In this document: positions 59,581 through 64,000 of the stretch, piece after piece
How positions within the stretch are numbered: position 1 is the stretch's first letter
How the letters are laid out: each line of letters begins with the position of its first letter
Notes under the pieces: model-generated
Seen by the model: only the letters and a program-made list of their open reading frames with translations
Database searches by the model: none
What the model was told of the DNA's origin: nothing
Program-made: the position numbers and the translations under genes
Assembly (NCBI GenBank): GCA_963790205.1
Contig: CAWBNQ010000005.1
Span: 471,368 to 535,367, forward strand
Direction of reading: 5' to 3'
Length of the DNA: 64,000 nt
Source: Nitrospirota bacterium
Lineage (GTDB): Bacteria > Nitrospirota > UBA9217

Positions 59581-60966
59581 TTGATCTTGTCGAAACGCCA
59601 TCTATGCCTCTGTTTAATCGTCGTCGCGCTCTCCGCATGCGCTTCCTATCATGCCAAGCCGCTCAGCACACAGCCGACCCTGCTGCGCGAAGTGCCTCAT
59701 CTTACCATTCACGCCAACCAAATGCCCCTATCGGAACCGGCGGTTCATCCATTCAACCCCGATGACGGACTTGACATGACGGAAGTCGTCATGCTGGCCG
59801 TGGTAAACAATCCCGATCTGAAGACGGTGCGGGACGATCGCGGCATCGCACAAGCCGAGCTGATGGCTGCGGGAATCCTGCCCAACCCGCAGTTGACCGC
59901 GGGCCTGGACCACCCGACGAGCGGCCTTGGATATGTGAATGCATTCAACCTGGGGCTTGATTATGATATAAGCACCCTTGTTACCCGCAGGGCCGGCCTC
60001 AATGCTGCTCGCGCGAACGCAATGAGCATTGATCTGACCATCCTCTGGCAGGAATGGCAGGTCGTGCAGCAGGCGCGCCTCCTGTTCGTCGACAGTATGG
60101 AGCAGAAGAAACAGCTGCAGGAGCTGGAGGCCTTTCGCGATCTCATGGATGCCGGTTATCAGCGTGCGCGGCGCGCCCTCGACGAGGGGGATTTGACGAT
60201 CGACGTTGTGAGCGCGGACATGACCGCGCTTCAGGACGCGACCGCAAGCGTCCATGGCCTGGAGCGGCAGCTCACCAAAACGCGGCACGATCTCAATGCG
60301 CTTCTGGGCCTCTCGCCCGACGTCAAACTCGATCTTGTGGGAAACGTTGACCTGCCGGCATCCGATCTGAAAACGATCGATAGGGACCTGGAACATTTGC
60401 CGGAGCGCAGGCCCGACCTGCTTGCCCTGCAGGCCGGATATGCAAGCCAGGAAGAGCGTTTTCGCAAGGCGGTGCTGGCCCAATTCCCCGCGCTCACCAT
60501 CGGGCTGACCCGCTCCCGCGACACGAGCGGCGTCTATACCTCGGGTGTCGGCGTTACGCTCAGCCTGCCGTTTTTTGACCGGAACCAGGGTGCGATCGCT
60601 ATAGAGAAAGCCACCCGCGAACGTCTGTATGATGAATACCAGGCCAGGCTGAACGGGGCGTACTCCCAGGTCAAGGACCTGCTGGAGCAGGCGCGCCTCG
60701 TGAGCGGGCAATATAACGTGGTGCAGAACGTGCTCCCGGACATGGAGCAGACGGCGAAACGGGCAAAGACGGCGTTGGATTCCGGGAATCTGGACATCAC
60801 CACCTACACGGGTCTTCAGGCCGCGCTCCTGAAGAAACGAATCGAGGCAATCACCCTTGAGCAGACCATTTTCGAACAGCGGATTGCCCTCCAGACGCTG
60901 CTCGGCAAGGAATTGCCGCCAAGCCTTGCGCCGGCCTTCATTCATCTCGAAGAACGGGGAAACTGA
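59581..60966 (+). CDS. TolC-family outer membrane efflux lipoprotein
   Basis: Lipobox LSAC, NNPDL, LPNPQL, RRPDL, LPFFDRNQG. Confidence 0.9.
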   Translation: MILSKRHLCLCLIVVALSACASYHAKPLSTQPTLLREVPHLTIHANQMPLSEPAVHPFNPDDGLDMTEVVMLAVVNNPDLKTVRDDRGIAQAELMAAGILPNPQLTAGLDHPTSGLGYVNAFNLGLDYDISTLVTRRAGLNAARANAMSIDLTILWQEWQVVQQARLLFVDSMEQKKQLQELEAFRDLMDAGYQRARRALDEGDLTIDVVSADMTALQDATASVHGLERQLTKTRHDLNALLGLSPDVKLDLVGNVDLPASDLKTIDRDLEHLPERRPDLLALQAGYASQEERFRKAVLAQFPALTIGLTRSRDTSGVYTSGVGVTLSLPFFDRNQGAIAIEKATRERLYDEYQARLNGAYSQVKDLLEQARLVSGQYNVVQNVLPDMEQTAKRAKTALDSGNLDITTYTGLQAALLKKRIEAITLEQTIFEQRIALQTLLGKELPPSLAPAFIHLEERGN

Positions 60967-60967
60967 C

Positions 60968-62005
60968 ATGAAAGCATTGCTACCGTTAAGCGCTGTTCTG
61001 CTGCTGGTTGCCGGACTCTCTCCTGATGCAATAGCCTCAGACACTGCGAGCGTCCTGGTGCAAACACAGCCCCTCGTGCGGCATGTACTTTCTGAAACAA
61101 TCTCCAGCTATGGGATCGTGAGCGTCGATCCTCTGAACACCGAAAGCATAAATTTACCCCGTGCAGGACGGGTGACGCGTCTCCTGGTCGGACAAGGAGA
61201 AGTGGTAAAAAAGGATACGCCCCTCCTGCAAATGGAAACCAGCCCTCAGGAAAGCGTCAGTTATGAGCAGGCGCGGTCAGCCGTGGACCTGGCAAAAGGT
61301 GAACTGGCCAGAGTGCAAAACCTGCTCGCACAGCAGCTTGCGACCAGGTCACAGCTTGCGAACGCCCAAAAGTCGCTGAGCGATGCGGAAGCCGCGTTGG
61401 CCGCCCAGGAGAAGCTGGGAACAGGGATCCCAAGTGAAATAATCCGGGCGCCCTTTGGCGGCATTGTAAACGTGGTACAGCTTTCCCAGGGAGATCGAAT
61501 TCAGGCGGGCGCTCCGGCGATGCAGTTGTCGCGGATTGATCGCCTGCGCATTGTGCTGGGAATTGAACCGGAAGACGCCCGCAAGGTAAGACGCGGCATG
61601 CCGGTGAGACTGGTGCCGGTATTCGACAGTACGCAGAACGCGGCAGGCGTCGTCAGCACGGTCAATGGGATGATCAACCCACAGACAGGCCTTGTTGACC
61701 TTCTTGTAGTGCTGAAACCCGGACAGGTTTTTCGTTTGATGCCCGGAACACGAATACAGGGACTCATCACGCTGAGCAGCCAACGAGGATTCGTTGTCCC
61801 GCAGCAGGCGGTTCTCTCCGATGCCAAGGGACCGTATATTTTCGTGGTCAGAAACGGACGCGCCCATCGCATCGATGTGCGGACCGACGGGGAAAGCAGC
61901 GGCCTCATCGGCATTTCCGGGTCATTTGGGAAACAGGACCGGGTTGTCGTGCTGGGCAATTACGAGCTTCAGGAAGGGATGGAAGTGCGGGAGACTTCAC
62001 GATGA
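60968..62005 (+). CDS. RND periplasmic adaptor subunit
   Basis: GRVTRLLVGQGEVVKK, IRAPFGGIV, VVPQQAV. Confidence 0.92.
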   Translation: MKALLPLSAVLLLVAGLSPDAIASDTASVLVQTQPLVRHVLSETISSYGIVSVDPLNTESINLPRAGRVTRLLVGQGEVVKKDTPLLQMETSPQESVSYEQARSAVDLAKGELARVQNLLAQQLATRSQLANAQKSLSDAEAALAAQEKLGTGIPSEIIRAPFGGIVNVVQLSQGDRIQAGAPAMQLSRIDRLRIVLGIEPEDARKVRRGMPVRLVPVFDSTQNAAGVVSTVNGMINPQTGLVDLLVVLKPGQVFRLMPGTRIQGLITLSSQRGFVVPQQAVLSDAKGPYIFVVRNGRAHRIDVRTDGESSGLIGISGSFGKQDRVVVLGNYELQEGMEVRETSR

Positions 62006-64000
62006 GCGCTTTTTCATTCTGGATACAGGCGCACCGTCGCTCGATCCTCTTTTTTGTGCTGGTCCTTGCGGCGGCAGGCGCTGTCATTGCATTCAAACTG
62101 CCGGTTGCCCTTTTCCCGAATGTCGATTTTCCCCGGGTCGTGGTTTCGCTGGACGCCGGAGACCGCGCCGCGGAGCTGATGGAACTGCAAGTGACGCGGC
62201 CGGTCGAACAAGCCGTCCGTTCGGTGCCCGGCGTCATCTCGGTGCGCTCTACCAGCAGCCGCGGGAGCGCCGATATCTCAGTCGATTTCGATTGGGGCGC
62301 GGACATGGTTTCTTCCCAGCTCCAGGTGGAGTCGGCGGTGACCCGCGTTTTGCCTGAATTGCCGCAGGGCGCCGTTTTTCGGGTCAAGCGCATGGACCCG
62401 ACGGTGTTTCCGGTCCTGGCGTACAGCCTGACCTCCGATGTTCTTTCCCTGGTGCAACTTCGCGACATCGCACAATTCAAACTGGTTCCCCTTTTGTCCA
62501 GCGTCAACGGCACTTCACGGGTGCAGGTTATCGGAGGTGATCTGGAGGAGTATCGCGTCACGGTAGATCCGGCGCGGCTGCAGGCCTATGGGCTGACGTT
62601 AAACGATGTGGCGCAGACGCTCTCTGCGGCCAACGTGATCACCGCGGTGGGACGCATGGAAGACCATTATAAGCTGTATCTGGTCATGTCCGACACGCGG
62701 CTTTCCGGCCTTGACCAGATCCGTCGGACCGTATTGCGTACGGGGCCGAACGGAATAGTCCGCCTGGAGGAGGTTGCAACCGTACAGCGCGATATCGTGC
62801 CCCAGTGGCTGCGCGTGACCGCGGACGGGCATGATGCAGTACTGGTCCAGGTATATCAGCAGCCCGGCGGCAATACCGTCCAGATCGCCCGGGACATCAA
62901 GGCAAAGCTTGCCGCCTATCAGCCCCGGCTGCCTGAAGGGGTCCGGATCAGCAACTGGTATGACCAGAGTGAACTGATCATTGCCTCCGCTGCCAGCGTA
63001 CGCGACGCGATCCTCATCGGGGTGGCCCTCGGCGCCGTGGTGTTGCTCCTGTTCCTGCGCAACCTGAAGATCACGCTTATCGCGATCGTCGTCGTTCCGA
63101 CGGTCTTGGCGGCCACTATCGTCCTGCTGTATGCGTTCAAAATGAGTTTCAACATCATGACGCTGGGCGGCATGGCGGCCGCCATCGGCCTGATCATCGA
63201 CGACGTCATCGTGATGGTCGAGCACATCATGCGCCGCCTGCGGGGCAGCAAGGGACATCATGAGGGCCGCGTCATGGCGGCCGCGCGCGAGTTCGCCCGG
63301 CCGCTTGCGGGTTCCTCGTCGGCCACTATTATCATCTTCCTTCCGCTGGCGTTCCTGAGCGGGGTCACGGGAGCCTTCTTCAGGGCTCTCTCGCTCACCA
63401 TGGCGGCATCGCTGATCATCTCGTTTCTCATTACCTGGCTCGCTATCCCTATTCTCGCCGATCATCTGCTGGGGGAAAAAGAGGCGGAAGAGAACGAGGG
63501 CGGTCCCTTCAGAGACCGTTCTCATCGGGCATACGAGTGGATCCTGAGGCGTGTGCTGCGCAGGCCCGTCTTGATCCTGGCGGGGATTGTCCCGCTTCTG
63601 GTGGCGGGGTACATCGGTTACCGGCAGGTCGGTTCAGGGTTCATGCCGTCGATGGACGAAGGCGGTTTCATTCTCGACTATTTCACTCCCCCCGGCACCG
63701 CCCTCACCGAAACCGACCGTCTGCTGCGCCAGGTGGAAGGAATCATCAAGGCGACCCCTGAGGTCCTTACCTATTCCCGCCGCACCGGCACGCAGCTCGG
63801 CGGCGGCTTGACGGAAGCAAACCAGGGAGATTTCTTCATCCGCCTGAAGCCGTTGCCGCGGCGTCCCATCGATGAAGTCATGGACGAGATCCGGAGCAAA
63901 GTCGAGCATGAAGTGCCCGGAATAAAGATCGAACTGGCCCAGCTCATGGAAGATCTGATCGGCGATCTGACCTCCGTGCCGCAGCCTATCGAGATAAAGC
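62002..64000 (+). CDS. RND efflux permease (AcrB/CzcA superfamily), runs off the right window edge
   Basis: Not in track (no stop). MSAFSFWIQAHRRSIL...LPVALFPNVDFPRV..., GLIIDDVIVMVEHI. Confidence 0.92.
   Translation, partial: MSAFSFWIQAHRRSILFFVLVLAAAGAVIAFKLPVALFPNVDFPRVVVSLDAGDRAAELMELQVTRPVEQAVRSVPGVISVRSTSSRGSADISVDFDWGADMVSSQLQVESAVTRVLPELPQGAVFRVKRMDPTVFPVLAYSLTSDVLSLVQLRDIAQFKLVPLLSSVNGTSRVQVIGGDLEEYRVTVDPARLQAYGLTLNDVAQTLSAANVITAVGRMEDHYKLYLVMSDTRLSGLDQIRRTVLRTGPNGIVRLEEVATVQRDIVPQWLRVTADGHDAVLVQVYQQPGGNTVQIARDIKAKLAAYQPRLPEGVRISNWYDQSELIIASAASVRDAILIGVALGAVVLLLFLRNLKITLIAIVVVPTVLAATIVLLYAFKMSFNIMTLGGMAAAIGLIIDDVIVMVEHIMRRLRGSKGHHEGRVMAAAREFARPLAGSSSATIIIFLPLAFLSGVTGAFFRALSLTMAASLIISFLITWLAIPILADHLLGEKEAEENEGGPFRDRSHRAYEWILRRVLRRPVLILAGIVPLLVAGYIGYRQVGSGFMPSMDEGGFILDYFTPPGTALTETDRLLRQVEGIIKATPEVLTYSRRTGTQLGGGLTEANQGDFFIRLKPLPRRPIDEVMDEIRSKVEHEVPGIKIELAQLMEDLIGDLTSVPQPIEIK

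Noticed and set aside
57059..61044. Long antisense ORFs such as 57059-58387 and 59728-61044, also 4521-5420 and 9823-10800
   Set aside because: Shadow frames of GC-rich genes with no motifs of their own.
1..64000. CRISPR array or cas genes
   Set aside because: No regularly spaced direct repeats with unique spacers; no Cas-like ORF.

Overview
A 64-kb bacterial chromosomal window with GC-rich coding regions and AT-rich spacers. Gene content suggests an anaerobic Nitrospirota or Desulfobacterota-like organism (inference). The left 40 kb is mostly housekeeping: tamB (partial), glnD, mazG, lpdA, gcvH, a complete rnfCDGEAB operon, nfu, crcB, pcm-surE, tRNA-Pro, merR-ihfA, an ABC exporter, smc, lptFG, coaE and queC. 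The right 24 kb is more accessory: an IS110 element, Nramp plus MgtE-N/CBS, PhoU-like, patatin, RNB nuclease, hybrid kinase, TauE, mgtA, an RND system and gene remnants. Main signals not explained by the ORF track: (1) an intact IS110 whose 3' non-coding end folds into a bridge-RNA-like structure with two loop segments that match its own left and right target flanks; (2) a DsbA-like protein split by an in-frame UGA in a U-P-Y-C motif with a SECIS-like hairpin 11 nt downstream (selenoprotein); (3) a Crp/Fnr regulon defined by three perfect TATGA-N6-TCATA sites, two at about -41.5 of divergent promoters, including an unannotated 45-aa Cys-rich protein; (4) an unannotated 47-aa Arg-repeat microprotein; (5) a 66-nt palindromic mini-element inserted in frame into a decayed gene, and many heptamer/nonamer inverted repeats; (6) three +1 frameshifts that are probably assembly errors. 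All calls are by eye; no database searches were run.
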